From the NCBI GenBank assembly GCA_964016885.1, contig OZ024744.1, forward strand, positions 127,410,001-127,474,000: a stretch of 64,000 nt of DNA. The letters run 5' to 3'. The number at the start of each line of letters is the position of its first letter. Position 1 is the first letter of the stretch. The notes beneath the pieces were generated by a model that was not told where the DNA came from, did no database searches, and saw only the letters and a list, made by a program, of their open reading frames with translations. This stretch comes from Eledone cirrhosa (Eukaryota). Positions 11,286 through 24,900 of the stretch are shown one piece after another. The position numbers and the translations under genes were made by a program.

Positions 11286-14200
11286 GTTAAGTTGGGGTTA
11301 AGTTAAGTTGGGGTTAAATTAAGTTGAGGTTAAGTTAAGTTGGGGTAAAGTTAAGTTAGGGTTAAGTTAATTGGGGTTAAGTTAAGTTGGGGTTAAATTA
11401 AGTTGGGGTTAAGTTAAGTTGGGGTTAAGTTAAGTTGGGGTTAAATTAAGTTGGGGTTCAGTTAAGTTGGGGTTAAATTAAGTTGGGGTTAAGTTAAGTT
11501 GGGGTTAGTTAAGTTGGGGTTAAGTTAAGTTGGGGTTAAGTTAAGTTGGGGTTAAGTTAAGTTGGGGTTAAGTTAAGTTGGCGTTAAGTTAAGTTTGGGT
11601 TAAGTTAAGTTGGGGTTAAATTAAGTTCGGGTTAAGTTAAGTTGGGGTTAATTTAAGTTGGGGTTAAGTTAAGTTGGGGTTAAGTTAAGTTGGGGTTAAG
11701 TCAAGTTGGGGTTAAGTCAAGTTGGGGTTAATTCAAGTTGGGGTTAAGTTAATTTGGGGTTAAGTTAAGTTGGGGTTCAGTTCAGTTGGGGTTAAGTTAA
11801 GTTGGGGTTAAGTTAAGTTGGGGTTAAGTTAAGTTGGAGTTAAGTTAAGTTGGAGTTAAGCTAAGTTGGGGTTAAGCTAAGTTGGGGTTAAGTTGGGGTT
11901 AAGTTAAGTTGGGGTTAACTTAAGTCGGGGGTAAGTTAAGTTGGGGGCAAGTTAAGTTGGGGTTAATTTAAGTTGGGGTTAATTTAAGTTGGGGTTAAGT
12001 TAAGTTGGGGTTATGTTAAGTTGGGGTTAAGTTAAGTTGGGGTTAAGTTAAGTTGGGGGTAACTTAAGTTGGGGTTAAGTTAAGTTGAGGGTAAGTTAAG
12101 TTGAGGGTAAGTTAAGTTGAGGTTAAGTTAAGTTGGGGTTAGGTTAAGTTGGGGGTAAGTTAAGTTGGGGGTAAGTTAAGTTGGGGTTAAGTTAAGTTGG
12201 GGTTAAATTAAGTTGAGGTTAAGTTAATTTGGGGTTAAGTTAAGTTGGGGTTCAGTTAAGTTGGGGGTAAGATAAGTTGGGGCTAAGTTAAGTTGGGGCT
12301 AAGTCAAGTTGGGGTTAAGTCAAGTTGAGGTTAACTTAAGTTGGGATTAAGTTAAGTTGGGGTTAAGTTAAGTCGGGGTTAAGTTAAGTTGGGGTTGAGT
12401 TAAGTTGGGGTTAATTTAAGTTGGGGTTAATTTAAGTTGGGGCTAAGTTAATTTGTGGTTAAGTTAAGTTGGGGTTAAGTTAAGTTGGGGTTAAGTTAAG
12501 TTGGGGTTGAGTTAAGTTGGGGTTGAGTTAATTTGGGGTTAAGTTAAGTTGGGGTTAAGTTAAGTTGGGTTTAATTTAAGTTGGGGTTAAGCTAAGTTGG
12601 GGTTAAATTAAGTTGGGGTTAAGTTAAGTTGGGGGTAAGTTAAGTTGGGGTTATGTTAAGTTGGGGTTAAGTTAAGTTGGGGTTAAGTTAAGTTGGTGTT
12701 AAGTAAAGTTGGGGTTAAGTTAAGTTGTGGGTTAAGTTAAGTTGGGGTTAAGTTAAGTTGGGGTTAAGTTAAGTTGGTGTTAAGTAAAGTTGGGCTTATG
12801 TTAAGTTGGGTTTGAGTTAAGTTGGGGCTAAGTTAAGTTAGGGCTAAGTTAAGTTGGGGTTAAGTTAAGTTGGGGCTAGGTTAAGTTGGGTCTAAGTTAA
12901 GTTGGGGTTAAGTTAAGTTGGGGTTAAGTTAAGTTGGGGTTAAATTAAGTTGGGGTTAAGTTAAGTTGGGGTTAAGCTAAGTTGGGGTTAAGTTAATTTG
13001 CGGTTAAGTTAGGTTGTGGGTTAAGTTAAGTTGGGGGTAAGTTAAGTTGGGGGTAAGTTAAGTTGGGGTTAAATTAAGTTGGGGTTAAGTTAAGTTGGGG
13101 TTAAGTTAAGTTGGGGTTAAGTTAAGTTGGCGTTAAGTTAAGTTGGGGTTAAGTTAAGTTGGGGTTAAGTTAAGTTGGGGTTAAGTTAAGTTGGGGTTAA
13201 GTCAAGTTGGGGTTAAGTCAAGTTGGGGTTAAGTCAAGTTGGGGTTAAGTCAAGTTGGGGTTAAGTTAAGTTGGGGTTAAGTTAAGTTGGGGGTAAGTTA
13301 AGTTAGGGTTAATTTCAGTTGGGGTTATGTTAAGTTGGGGTTAAGTTAAGTTGGGTGTAAGTTAAGTTGGGGTTAAGTTCAGTTGGGGTTAAGTTCAGTT
13401 GGGGTTAAGTTAAGTTGGGGTTAAGTTAAGTTGGGGTTAAATTAAGTTGGGGTTAAGTTAAGTTGGGGTTAAGCTAAGTTGGGGTTAAGTTAATTTGCGG
13501 TTAAGTTAGGTTGTGGGTTAAGTTAAGTTGGGGGTAAGTTAAGTTGGGGGTAAGTTAAGTTGGGGTTAAATTAAGTTGGGGTTAAGTTAAGTTGGGGTTA
13601 AGTTAAGTTGGGGTTAAGTTAAGTTGGGGTTAAGTTAAGTTGGCGTTAAGTTAAGTTGGGGTAAAGTTAAGTTGGGGTAAAGTTAAGTTGGGGTTAAGTT
13701 AAGTTGGGGTTAAGTTAAGTTGGGGTTAAGTCAAGTTGGGGTTAAGTCAAGTTGGGGTTAAGTCAAGTTGGGGTTAAGTCAAGTTGGGGTTAAGTTAAGT
13801 TGGGGTTAAGTTAAGTTGGGGGTAAGTTAAGTTGGGTGTAAGTTAAGTTGGGGTTAAGTTAAGTTGTGGTTGAGTTCAGTTGGGGTTAAGTTAAGTTGGG
13901 GTTAAGTTAAGCTGGGGGTAAGTTAAGTTGGGTGTAAGTTAAGTTGGGGTTAAGTTAAGTTGGTGTTAAGTTAAGTTGGGGTTAAATTAAGTTGGGGTTA
14001 AGTTAAGTTGGGGTTAGGTTAAGTTGGGGTTAAGTTAAGTTGCGGTTAAGTTAAGTTGGGGTTAAGTTAAGTTGGGGTTAAGTTAAGTTGGGGTTAAGTT
14101 AAGTTGGGGTTAAGTTAAGTTGGAGTTAAGTTAAGTTGGGGTTAAGTTAAGTTGGGGATGAGATAAGTTGGGGCTAAGTTAAGTTGGGGCTAAGTCAAGT

Positions 14201-16599
14201 TGGGGTTAAGTCAAGTTGAGGTTAACTTAAGTTGGGGTTAAGTTAAGTTGGGGTTAAGTTAAGTTGGGGTTGAGTTAAGTTGGGGTTGAGTGAAGTTGGG
14301 GTTAAGTTAAGTTGGGGTTAAGTTAAGTTGGGGTTAAGTTAAGTCGGGGTTAAGTTAAGTTGGGGTTGAGTTAAGTTAGGGTTAATTTAAGTTGGGGCTA
14401 AGTTAATTTGTGGTTGAGTTAAGTTGGGGTTAAGTTAAGTTGGGGTTAAGTTAAGTTGGGGTTGAGTTAATTTGGGGTTATGTTAAGTTGGGGTTAAGTT
14501 AAGTTGGGTTTAATTTAAGTTGGGGGTAAGCTAAGTTGGGGTTAAATTAAGTTGGGGTTAAGTTAAGTTGGGGTTAAGTTAAGTTGGGATTAAGTTAAGT
14601 TGGGGTTAAGTTAAGTTCGGCTTGAGTTAAGTTGGGGTTAAGTTAAGTTGGGGTTAATTTAAGTTGCGGTTAAGTTAAGTTGGGGTTAAGATAAGTTGGG
14701 GTTAAGTTAAGTTGGGGTTAAGTTAAGTTGGGGTTGAGTTAATTTGGGGTTAAGTTAAGTTGGGGTTAACTTAAGTTGGGGTTAAGTTGGGGTTAAGTTA
14801 AGGTGGGGGTAGGTTTAGTTGGGGGCAAGTTAAGTTGGGGTTAAGTTAAGTTGGGGTTAAGTTAAGTTGGGGGTAAGTTAAGTCGGGGTTAAGTTAAGGT
14901 TGGGGTTAAGTTAAGTTGGGTTTAAGTTAAGTTGGGGCTAAGTTAAGTTGGGGCTAAGTTAAGTTGGGGCTGAGTTAAGTTGGGGGATAGTTAAGTTGGG
15001 TGTAAGTTAAGTTGGGGTTAAGTTAAGTTGGGGTTCAGTTCAGTTGGGGTTAAGTTAAGTTGGGGTTAAGTTAGGCTGGGGTTAAGTTAAGTTGGGGTTG
15101 AGTTAAGTTGGGGTTGAGTTAAGTTGGGGTTAAGTTAAGTTGGGGTTAAGTTAAGTTGGGGTTAAGTTAAGTTGGGGTTAAGTTAAGTTGGGGTTAAGTT
15201 AAGTTGGTGGTAAGTTAAGTTGGGGGCAAGTTAAGTTGGGGTTAAGTTAAGTTGGGGTTAAGTTAAGTTGGGGTTAAGTTAAGTTAGGGTTAATTTCAGT
15301 TGGGGTTAAGTTAAGTTGGGGTTAAGTTAAGTTAGGGTTAATTTAAGTTGGGGTTATGTTAAGTTGGGGTTAAGTTAAGTTGGGGTTAAGTTAAGTTGGT
15401 GTTAAGTAAAGTTGGGGTTAAGTTAAGTTGTGGGTTAAGTTAAGTTGGGGTTAAGCTAAGTTGGTGTTAAGTAAAGTTGGGCTTAAGTTAAGTTGGGTTT
15501 GAGTTAAGTTGGGGCTAAGTTAAGTTAGGGCTAAGTTAAGTTGGGGTTAAGTTAGGTTGGGGTTAAGTTAAGTTGGGGTTAAATTAAGTTGGGGTTAAGT
15601 TAAGTTGGGGTTAAGCTAAGTTGGGGTTAAGTTAATTTGCGGTTAAGTTAGGTTGTGGGTTAAGTTAAGTTGGGGGTAAGTTAAGTTGGGGGTAAGTTAA
15701 GTTGGGGTTAAATTAAGTTGGGGTTAAGTTAAGTTGGGGTTAAGTTAAGTTGGGGTTAAGTTAAGTTGGGGTTAAGTTAAGTTGGCGTTAAGTTAAGTTG
15801 GGGTAAAGTTAAGTTGGGGTTAAGTTAAGTTGGGGTTAAGTCAAGTTGGGGTTAAGTCAAGTTGGGGTTAAGTCAAGTTGGGGTTAAGTCAAGTTGGGGT
15901 TAAGTTAAGTTGGGGTTAAGTTAAGTTGGGGGTAAGTTAAGTTGGGTGTAAGTTAAGTTGGGGTTAAGTTAAGTTGTGGTTAAGTTCAGTTGGGGTTAAG
16001 TTAAGTTGGGGTTAAGTTAAGCTGGGGGTAAGTTAAGTTGGGTGTAAGTTAAGTTGGGGTTAAGTTAAGTTGGGGTTAAGTTAAGTTGGGGTTAAATTAA
16101 GTTGGGGTTAAGTTAAGATGGGGTTAAGTTAAGTTGGGGTTAAGTTAAGTTGAGGTTAAGTTAAGTTGGAGTTAAGTTAAGTTGGGGTTAAGCTAAGTTG
16201 GGGTTAAGTTAATTTGCGGTTAAGTTAGGTTGTGGGTTAAGTTAAGTTGGAGTTAAGTTAAGCTGGGGTTAAGTTAAGCTGGGGTTAAGTTGGGGTAAGT
16301 TAAGTTGGGGGTAAGTTAAGTTGGGGTTACGTTAAGTTGGGGTTAAGTTAAGTTGGGGTTAAGTTAAGTTGGGGTTGAGTTAAGTTGGGGTTAAGTTAAG
16401 TTGGGGTTAAGTTAAGTTGGGGGTAAGTTAAGTTGGGGGCAAGTTAAGATGGGGTTAAGTTAAGTTGGGGTTAAGTTAAGTTGGGGTTAAGTTAAGTTGG
16501 GGTTAAGTTAAGTTGGGGTTAAGTTAAGTTAGGGTTAATTTCAGTTGGGGTTATGTTAAGTTGGGGTTAAGTTAAGTTGGGGTTAAGTTAAAGTTGGGG

Positions 16600-19440
16600 T
16601 TAAGTTAAGTTGGGGTAAAGTTAAGTTAGGGTTAAGTTAATTGGGGTTAAGTTAAGTTGGGGTTAAATTAAGTTGGGGTTAAGTTAAGTTGGGGTTAAGT
16701 TAAGTTGGGGTTAAATTAAGTTGGGGTTCAGTTAAGTTGGGGTTAAATTAAGTTGGGGTTAAGTTAAGTTGGGGTTAGTTAAGTTGGGGTTAAGTTAAGT
16801 TGGGGTTAAGTTAAGTTGGGGTTAAGTTAAGTTGGGGTTAAGTTAAGTTGGCGTTAAGTTAAGTTTGGGTTAAGTTAAGTTGGGGTTAAATTAAGTTCGG
16901 GTTAAGTTAAGTTGGGGTTAATTTAAGTTGGGGTTAAGTTAAGTTGGGGTTAAGTTAAGTTGGAGTTAAGTCAAGTTGGGGTTAAGTCAAGTTGGGGTTA
17001 AGTCAAGTTGGGGTTAATTCAAGTTGGGGTTAAGTTAATTTGGGGTTAAGTTAAGTTGGGGTTAAGTTAAGTTGGGGTTCAGTTCAGTTGGGGTTAAGTT
17101 AAGTTGGGGTTAAGTTAAGTTGGGGTTAAGTTAAGTTGGAGTTAAGTTGGAGTTAAGTTAAGTTGGGGTTAAGCTAAGTTGGGGTTAAGTTGGGGTTAAG
17201 TTAAGTTGGGGTTAACTTAAGTCGGGGGTAAGTTAAGTTGGGGGCAAGTTAAGTTGGGGTTAATTTAAGTTGGGGTTAATTTAAGTTGGGGTTAAGTTAA
17301 GTTGGGGTTATGTTAAGTTGGGGTTAAGTTAAGTTGGGGTTACGTTAAGTTGGGGGTAACTTAAGTTGGGGTTAAGTTAAGTTGAGGGTAAGTTAAGTTG
17401 AGGGTAAGTTAAGTTGAGGTTAAGTTAAGTTGGGGTTAAGTTAAGTTGGGGGTAAGTTAAGTTGGGGGTAAGTTAAGTTGGGGTTAAGTTAAGTTGGGGT
17501 TAAATTAAGTTGAGGTTAAGTTAATTTGGGGTTAAGTTAAGTTGGGGTTCAGTTAATTTGGGGGTAAGATAAGTTGGGGCTAAGTTAAGTTGGGGCTAAG
17601 TCAAGTTGGGGTTAAGTCAAGTTGAGGTTAACTTAAGTTGGGGTTAAGTTAAGTTGGGGTTAGGTTAAGTTGGGGTTGAGTTAAGTTGGGGTTGAGTGAA
17701 GTTGGGGTTAAGTTAAGTTGGGGTTCAGTTAAGTTGGGGTTAAGTTAAGTCGGGGTTAAGTTAAGTTGGGGTTGAGTTAAGTTGTGGTTAATTTAAGTTG
17801 GGGTTAATTTAAGTTGGGGCTAAGTTAATTTGTGGTTAAGTTAAGTTGGGGTTAAGTTAAGTTGGGGTTAAGTTAAGTTGGGGTTGAGTTAAGTTGGGGT
17901 TGAGTTAATTTGGGGTTAAGTTAAGTTGGGGTTAAGTTAAGTTGGGTTTAATTTAAGTTGGGGTTAAGCTAAGTTGGGGTTAAATTAAGTTGGGGTTAAG
18001 TTAAGTTGGGGGTAAGTTAAGTTGGGGTTATGTTAAGTTGGGGTTAAGTTAAGTTGGGGTTAAGTTAAGTTGGTGTTAAGTAAAGTTGGGGTTAAGTTAA
18101 GTTGTGGGTTAAGTTAAGTTGGGGTTAAGTTAAGTTGGGGTTAAGTTAAGTTGGTGTTAAGTAAAGTTGGGCTTAAGTTAAGTTGGGTTTGAGTTAAGTT
18201 GGGGCTAAGTTAAGTTAGGGCTAAGTTAAGTTGGGGTTAAGTTAAGTTGGGGCTAGGTTAAGTTGGGTCTAAGTTAAGTTGGGGTTAAGTTAAGTTGGGG
18301 TTAAGTTAAGTTGGGGTTAAATTAAGTTGGGGTTAAGTTAAGTTGGGGTTAAGCTAAGTTGGGGTTAAGTTAATTTGCGGTTAAGTTAGGTTGTGGGTTA
18401 AGTTAAGTTGGGGGTAAGTTAAGTTGGGGGTAAGTTAAGTTGGGGGTAAGTTAAGTTGGGGTTAAATTAAGTTGGGGTTAAGTTAAGTTGGGGTTAAGTT
18501 AAGTTGGGGTTAAGTTAAGTTGGCGTTAAGTTAAGTTGGGGTTAAGTTAAGTTGGGGTTAAGTTAAGTTGGGGTTAAGTTAAGTTGGGGTTAAGTCAAGT
18601 TGGGGTTAAGTCAAGTTGGGGTTAAGTCAAGTTGGGGTTAAGTTAAGTTGGGGTTAAGTTAAGTTGGGGGTAAGTTAAGTTAGGGTTAATTTCAGTTGGG
18701 GTTATGTTAAGTTGGGGTTAAGTTAAGTTGGGTGTAAGTTAAGTTGGGGTTAAGTTCAGTTGGGGTTAAGTTCAGTTGGGGTTAAGTTAAGTTGGGGTTA
18801 AGTTAAGTTGGGGTTAAATTAAGTTGGGGTTAAGTTAAGTTGGGGTTAAGCTAAGTTGGGGTTAAGTTAATTTGCGGTTAAGTTAGGTTGTGGGTTAAGT
18901 TAAGTTGGGGGTAAGTTAAGTTGGGGTAAGTTAAGTTGGGGTTAAATTAAGTTGGGGTTAAGTTAAGTTGGGGTTAAGTTAAGTTGGGGTTAAGTTAAGT
19001 TGGGGTTAAGTTAAGTTGGCGTTAAGTTAAGTTGGGGTAAATTTAAGTTGGGGTAAAGTTAAGTTGGGGTTAAGTTAAGTTGGGGTTAAGTTAAGTTGGG
19101 GTTAAGTCAAGTTGGGGTTAAGTCAAGCTGGGGTTAAGTCAAGTTGGGGTTAAGTCAAGTTGGGGTTAAGTTAAGTTGGGGTTAAGTTAAGTTGGGGGTA
19201 AGTTAAGTTGGGTGTAAGTTAAGTTGGGGTTAAGTTAAGTTGTGGTTGAGTTCAGTTGGGGTTAAGTTAAGTTGGGGTTAAGTTAAGCTGGGGGTAAGTT
19301 AAGTTGGGTGTAAGTTAAGTTGGGGTTAAGTTAAGTTGGTGTTAAGTTAAGTTGGGGTTAAATTAAGTTGGGGTTAGGTTAAGTTGGGGTTAAGTTAAGT
19401 TGCGGTTAAGTTAAGTTGGGGTTAAGTTAAGTTGGGGTTA
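16600..19440 (+). repeat. Third, more diverged copy of the ~8.5-10.9 / 11.3-14.1 kb block, without the scar
   Basis: Same marker order: GTAAAGTTAAGTTAGGG (16615), TTAAATTAAGTTCGGG (~16886), ACTTAAGTCGGGGG (~17215), CTAGGTTAAGTTGGGTCTAAG (~18253), TTGTGGTTGAGTTCAG (~19240). Confidence 0.8.
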
Positions 19441-21989
19441 AGTTAAGTTGGAGTTAAGTTAAGTTGGGGTTAACTTAAGTTGGGGTTAAGTTGGGGTTAA
19501 GTTAAGTTGGGGTTAAGTTAAGTTGGGGGTTAGTTAAGTTGTGGGCAAGTTAAGTTGGGGTTAAGTTGGGGTTAAGTTAAGTTAGGGTTAAGTTAAGTTG
19601 GGGTTGAGTTAAGTTGAGGTTAAGTTAAGTGGTGGTTATGTTAAGTTGTGGGTAAGTTAAGTTGGGGTTCATTTAAGTTGGGGGTTAGTTAAGTTGTGGG
19701 CAAGTTAAGTTGGGGTTAAGTTGGCGTTAAGTTAAGTTGGGGTTAAATTAAGTTGGGGTTAAGTTAAGTTGGGGTTAATTTAAGTTGGGGTTAATTTAAG
19801 TTGGGGTTAAGTTAAGTTGGGGTTAAGTTAAGTTGGAGTTAAGTCAAGTTGGGGTTAAGTCAAGTTGGGGTTAAGTCAAGTTGAGGTTAAGTTAAGTTGG
19901 AGTTAAGTTAAGTTGGGGTTAAGTTAATTTGCGGTTAAGTTAGGTTGTGGGTTAACTTAAGTTGGGGTTAAGTTAAGCTGGGGTTAAGTTGGGGTAAGAT
20001 AAGTTGGGGGTAAATTAAGTTGGGGTTAAGTTAAGTTGGGGTTAAGTTAAGTTGGGGTTAAGTTAAGTTGGGGTTGAGTTAAGTTGGGGTTAAGTTAAGT
20101 TGGGGTTAAGTTAAGTTGGGGTTAAGTTAAGTTGGGGTTAAGTTAAGTTGGGGTTAAGTTAAGTTGGGGGCAAGTTAAGTTGGGGTTAAGTTAAGTTGGG
20201 GTTAAGTTAAGTTGGAGTTAAGTTAAGTTGGGGTTAAGTTAAGTTGGGGTTAAGTTAAGTTAGGGTTAATTTCAGTTGGGGTTATGTTAAGTTGGGGTTA
20301 AGTTAATTTGCGGTTAAGTTAGGTTGTGAGTTAAGTTAAGTTGGGGTTATGTTAAGTTGGGGTTAAGTTAAGTTGGGGTTAAGTTAAGTTGTGGGTTAAG
20401 TTAAGTTGGGGTTAAGTTAAGTTGGGGTTAAGCTAAGTTGGGGTTAAGTTAATTTGCGGTTAAGTTAGGTTGTGGGTTAAGTTAAGTTGGGGGTAAGTTA
20501 AGTTGGGGGTAAGTTAAGTTGGGGTTAAATTAAGTTGGGGTTAAGTTAAGTTGGGGTTAAGTTAAGTTGGGGTTAAGTTAAGTTGGCGTTAAGTTAAGTT
20601 GGGGTTAAGTTAAGTTGGGGTTAAGTTAAGTTGGGGTTAAGTTAAGTTGGGGTTAAGTTAAGTTGGGGTTAAGTCAAGTTGGGGTTAAGTCAAGTTGGGG
20701 TTAAGTCAAATTGGGGTTAAGTTAAGTTGGGGTTAAGTTAAGTTGGGGTTAAGTTAAGTTGGTGTTAAGTAAAGTTGGGGTTAAGTTAAGTTGTGGGTTA
20801 AGTTAAGTTGGGGTTAAGTTAAGTTGGGGTTAAGTTAAGTTGGTGTTAAGTAAAGTTGGGCTTAAGTTAAGTTGGGTTTGAGTTAAGTTGGGGCTAAGTT
20901 AAGTTAGGGCTAAGTTAAGTTGGGGTTAAGTTAAGTTGGGGCTAGGTTAAGTTGGGTCTAAGTTAAGTTGGGGTTAAGTGAAGTTGGGGTTAAGTTAAGT
21001 TGGGGTTAAATTAAGTTGGGGTTAAGTTAAGTTGGGGTTAAGCTAAGTTGGGGTTAAGTTAATTTGCGGTTAAGTTAGGTTGTGGGTTAAGTTAAGTTGG
21101 GGGTAAGTTAAGTTGGGGGTAAGTTAAGTTGGGGTTAAGTTAAGTTGGGGTTAAGTTAAGTTGGGGTTAAGTTAAGTTGGCGTTAAGTTAAGTTGGGGTA
21201 AAGTTAAGTTGGGGTAAAGTTAAGTTGGGGTTAAGTTAAGTTGGGGTTAAGTTAAGTTGGGGTTAACTTAAGTTGGGGTTAAGTTGGGGTTAAGTTAAGT
21301 TGGGGTTAAGTCAAGTTGGGGTTAAGTCAAGTTGGTGTTAAGTCAAGTTGGGGTTAAGTTAAGTTGGGGTTACGTTAAGTTGGGGGTAAGTTAAGTTGGG
21401 TGTAAGTTAAGTTGGGGTTAAGTTAAGCTGGGGGTAAGTTAAGTTGGGGTTATGTTAAGTTGGGGTTAAGTTAAGTTGGGGTTAAGTTATATTGGGGTTA
21501 AGTTAAGTTGAGGTTAAGTTAAGTTGGAGTTAAGTTAAGTTGGGGTTAAGCTAAGTTGGGGTTAAGTTAATTTGCGGTTAAGTTAGGTTGTGGGTTAAGT
21601 TAAGTTGGGGTTAAGTTGGGGTAAGTTAAGTTGGGGTAAGTTAAGTTGGGGGTAAGTTAAGTTGGAGTTAAGTCAAGTTGGGGTTAAGTCAAGTTGGGGT
21701 TAAGTTAAGTTGGGGTTAAGTTAAGTTGGGGTTAAGTTAAGTTGGGGGTAAGTTAAGTTGGGGGTAAGTTAAGTTGGGGGCAAGTTAAGTTGGGGTTAAG
21801 TTAAGTTGGGGTTAAGTTAAGTTGGGGTTAAGTTAAGTTGGGGTTAAGTTAAGTTAGGGTTAATTTCAGTTGGGGTTATGTTAAGTTGGGGTTAAGTTAA
21901 GTGGGGTTAATTTAAAGTTGGGGTTAAGTTAAGTTGGGGTTAAGTTAAGTTGGGGTTAAGTTAAGTTGGGGTTAAGTTAAGTTGGGGTT

Positions 21990-24900
21990 AAGTTAAGTTG
22001 GGGTTAAGTTAAGTTGGGGTAGAGTTAAGTTGGGGTTGAGTTAAGTTGGGGCTAAATTAATTTGTGGTTAAGTTAAGTTGGGGTTAAGTTAAGTTGGGGT
22101 TAAGTTAAGTTAGGGTTAATTTCAGTTGGGGTTATGTTAAGTTGGGGTTAAGTTAAGTTGGGGTTAAGTTAAAGTTGGGGTTAAGTTAAGTTGGGGTAAA
22201 GTTAAGTTAGGGTTAAGTTAAGTTTGGGTTAAGTTAAGTTGGGGTTAAATTAAGTTGGGGTTAAGTTAAGTTGGGGTTAAGTTAAGTTGGGGTTAAATTA
22301 AGTTGGGGTTCAGTTAAGTTGGGGTTAAATTAAGTTGGGGTTAAGTTAAGTTGGGGTTAGTTAAGTTGGGGTTAAGTTAAGTTGGGGTTAAGTTAAGTTG
22401 GGGTTAATTTAAGTTGGGGTTAAGTTAAGTTGGCGTTAAGTTAAGTTGGGGTTAAGTTAAGTTGGGGTTAAATTAAGTTGGGGCTAAGTTAAGTTGGGGT
22501 TAATTTAAGTTGGGGTTAAGTTAAGTTGGGGTTAAGTTAAGTTGGAGTTAAGTCAAGTTGGGGTTAAGTCAAGTTGGTGTTAAGTCAAGTTGGGGTTAAG
22601 TCAAGTTGGGGTTAAGTTAAGTTGGGGTTAAGTTAAGTTGGGGTTAAGTTAAGTTGGGGGTAAGTTAAGTTGGGTGTAAGTTAAGTTGGGGTTAAGTTAA
22701 GTTGGGGTTCAGTTCAGTTGGAGTTAAGTTAAGTTGGGGTTAAGTTAAGCTGGGGGTAAGTTAAGTTGGGGTTAAGTTAAGTTGGGGTTAAGTTAAGTTG
22801 GGGTTAAGTTAAGTTGGAGTTAAGTTAAGTTGGAGTTAAGTTAAGTTGGGGTTAAGCTAAGTTGGGGTTCAGTTAAGTTGGGGTTAAGTTAATTTGGGGC
22901 TGAGTTAAGTTGGGGTTAAGTTAAGTTCGGGTTGAGTTAAGTTGGGGTTAAGTTAAGTTGGGGTTAAGTTAAGTTGGGGTTAAGTTAAGTTGGGGTTAAG
23001 ATAAGTTGGGGTTAAGTTGGGGTTAAGTTAAGTTGGGGTTGAGTTCATTTGGGGTTAAGTTAAGTTGGGTTTAACTTAAGTTGGGGTTAAGTTAAGTTGG
23101 GGTTAAGTTAAGTTGGGGTTAAGTTAAGTTGGGGGTAAGTTAAGTTGGGGGCAAGTTAAATTGGGGTTAAGTTAAATTGGGGTTAAGTTAAGGTGGGGGT
23201 AAGTTAAGTTGGGGGTAAGTTAAGTTGGGGTTAAGTTAAGTTTGGTTTAAGTTAAGTTGGGGCTAAGTTAAGTTGGGTCTAAGTTAAGTTGGGGCTGAGT
23301 TAAGTTGGGGTTAAGTTAAGTTGGGGTTGAGTTAAGTTGGGGTTAACTTAAGTTGGGGTTAAGTTGGGGTTAAGTTAAGCTGGGGTTAAGTTAAGTTGGG
23401 GGTTAGTTAAGTTGGGGGCAACTTAAGTTGGGGTTAATTTAAGTTGGGGTTAAGTTAAGTTGGGGTTAAGTTAAGTTGGGGGTAAGTTAAATTGAGGGTA
23501 AGTTAAGTTGGGGTTAAGTTAAGTTGGGGTTAAATTAAGTTGGGGGTAAGTTAAGTTGGGGTAAGTTAAGTTGGGGTTAAGTTAAGTTGGGGTTAAATTA
23601 AGTTGAGGTTAAGTTAAGTTGGGGTTAAGTTAAGTTGGGGTTAAGTTAAGTTGGGGGTAAGATAAGTTGGGGCTAAGTTAAGTTGGGGCTAAGTCAAGTT
23701 GGGGTTAAGTCAAGTTGAGGTTAACTTAAGTTGGGGTTAAGTTAAGTTGGGGTTAAGTTAAGTTGGGGTTAAGGTAAGTTGGGGTTAAGTTAAGTTGGGG
23801 CTGAGTTAAGTTGGGGTTAAGTTAAGTTGGGGTTAAGTTAAGTTGGGGGCAAGTTAAGTTGGGGTTAAGTTAAGTTGGGGTTAAGTTAAGTTGGAGTTAA
23901 GTTAAGTTGGGGTTAAGTTAAGTTGGGGTTAAGTTAAGTTAGGGTTAATTTCAGTTGGGGTTATGTTAAGTTGGGGTTAAGTTAATTTGCGGTTAAGTTA
24001 GGTTGTGAGTTAAGTTAAGTTGGGGTTATGTTAAGTTGGGGTTAAGTTAAGTTGGGGTTAAGTTAAGTTGGTGTTAAGTAAAGTTGGGGTTAAGTTAAGT
24101 TGGGGCTAAGTCAAGTTGGGGTTAAGTCAAGTTGAGGTTAACTTAAGTTGGGGTTAAGTTAAGTTGGGGTTAAGTTAAGTTGGGGTTAAGGTAAGTTGGG
24201 GTTAAGTTAAGTTGGGGCTGAGTTAAGTTGGGGTTAAGTTAAGTTGGGGTTGAGTTAAGTTGGGGTTAAGTTAAGTTGGGATTAAGTTAAGTTGGGGTTA
24301 AGTTAAGTTCGGCTTGAGTTAAGTTGGGGTTAAGTTAAGTTAGGGTTAATTTAAGTTGGGGTTGAGTTAAGTTGGGGTTAAGATAAGTTGGGGTTAAGTT
24401 AAGTTGGGGTTAAGTTAAGTTGGGGTTGAGTTAATTTGGGGTTAAGTTAAGTTGGGGTTAACTTAAGTTGGGGTTAAGTTGGGGTTAAGTTAAGTTGGGG
24501 GTAGGTTAAGTTGGGGTTAAGTTAAGTTGGGGTTAAGTTAAGTTGGGTTTAAGTTAAGTTGGGGCTAAGTTAAGTTGGGGCTAAGTTAAGTTGGGGCTGA
24601 GTTAAGTTGGGGTTAAGTTAAGTTGGGGTTGAGTTAAGTTGGGGTTATGTTAAGTTAGGGTTGAGTTAAGTTGGGGTTGAGTTAAGTTGGGGTTGAGTTA
24701 AGTTGGGGTTAAGTTACGTTGGCGTTAAGTTAAGTTGGGGTTAAGTTAAGTTGGGGTTAAGTTAAGTTGCGGTTAAGTTAGGTTGTGGGTTAAGTTAAGT
24801 TGGGGTTAAGTTGGGGGTAAGTTAAGTTGGGGTTAAGTTAAGTTGGGGTTAAGTTAAGTTGGGGTTAAGTTAAGTTGGGGTTAAGTTAAGTTGGGGTTAA

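Larger units (their letters stand above)
7890..13690 (+). repeat. Higher-order tandem duplication, ~2.8-3.0 kb unit x2, carrying the inversion scar
   Basis: Scar at 8173/11164 and TGGAGTTACG at 8060/11051 (offset 2991). GTAAAGTTAAGTTAGGG at 8531/11345 and CTTATG at 9981/12795 (offset 2814). Confidence 0.9.
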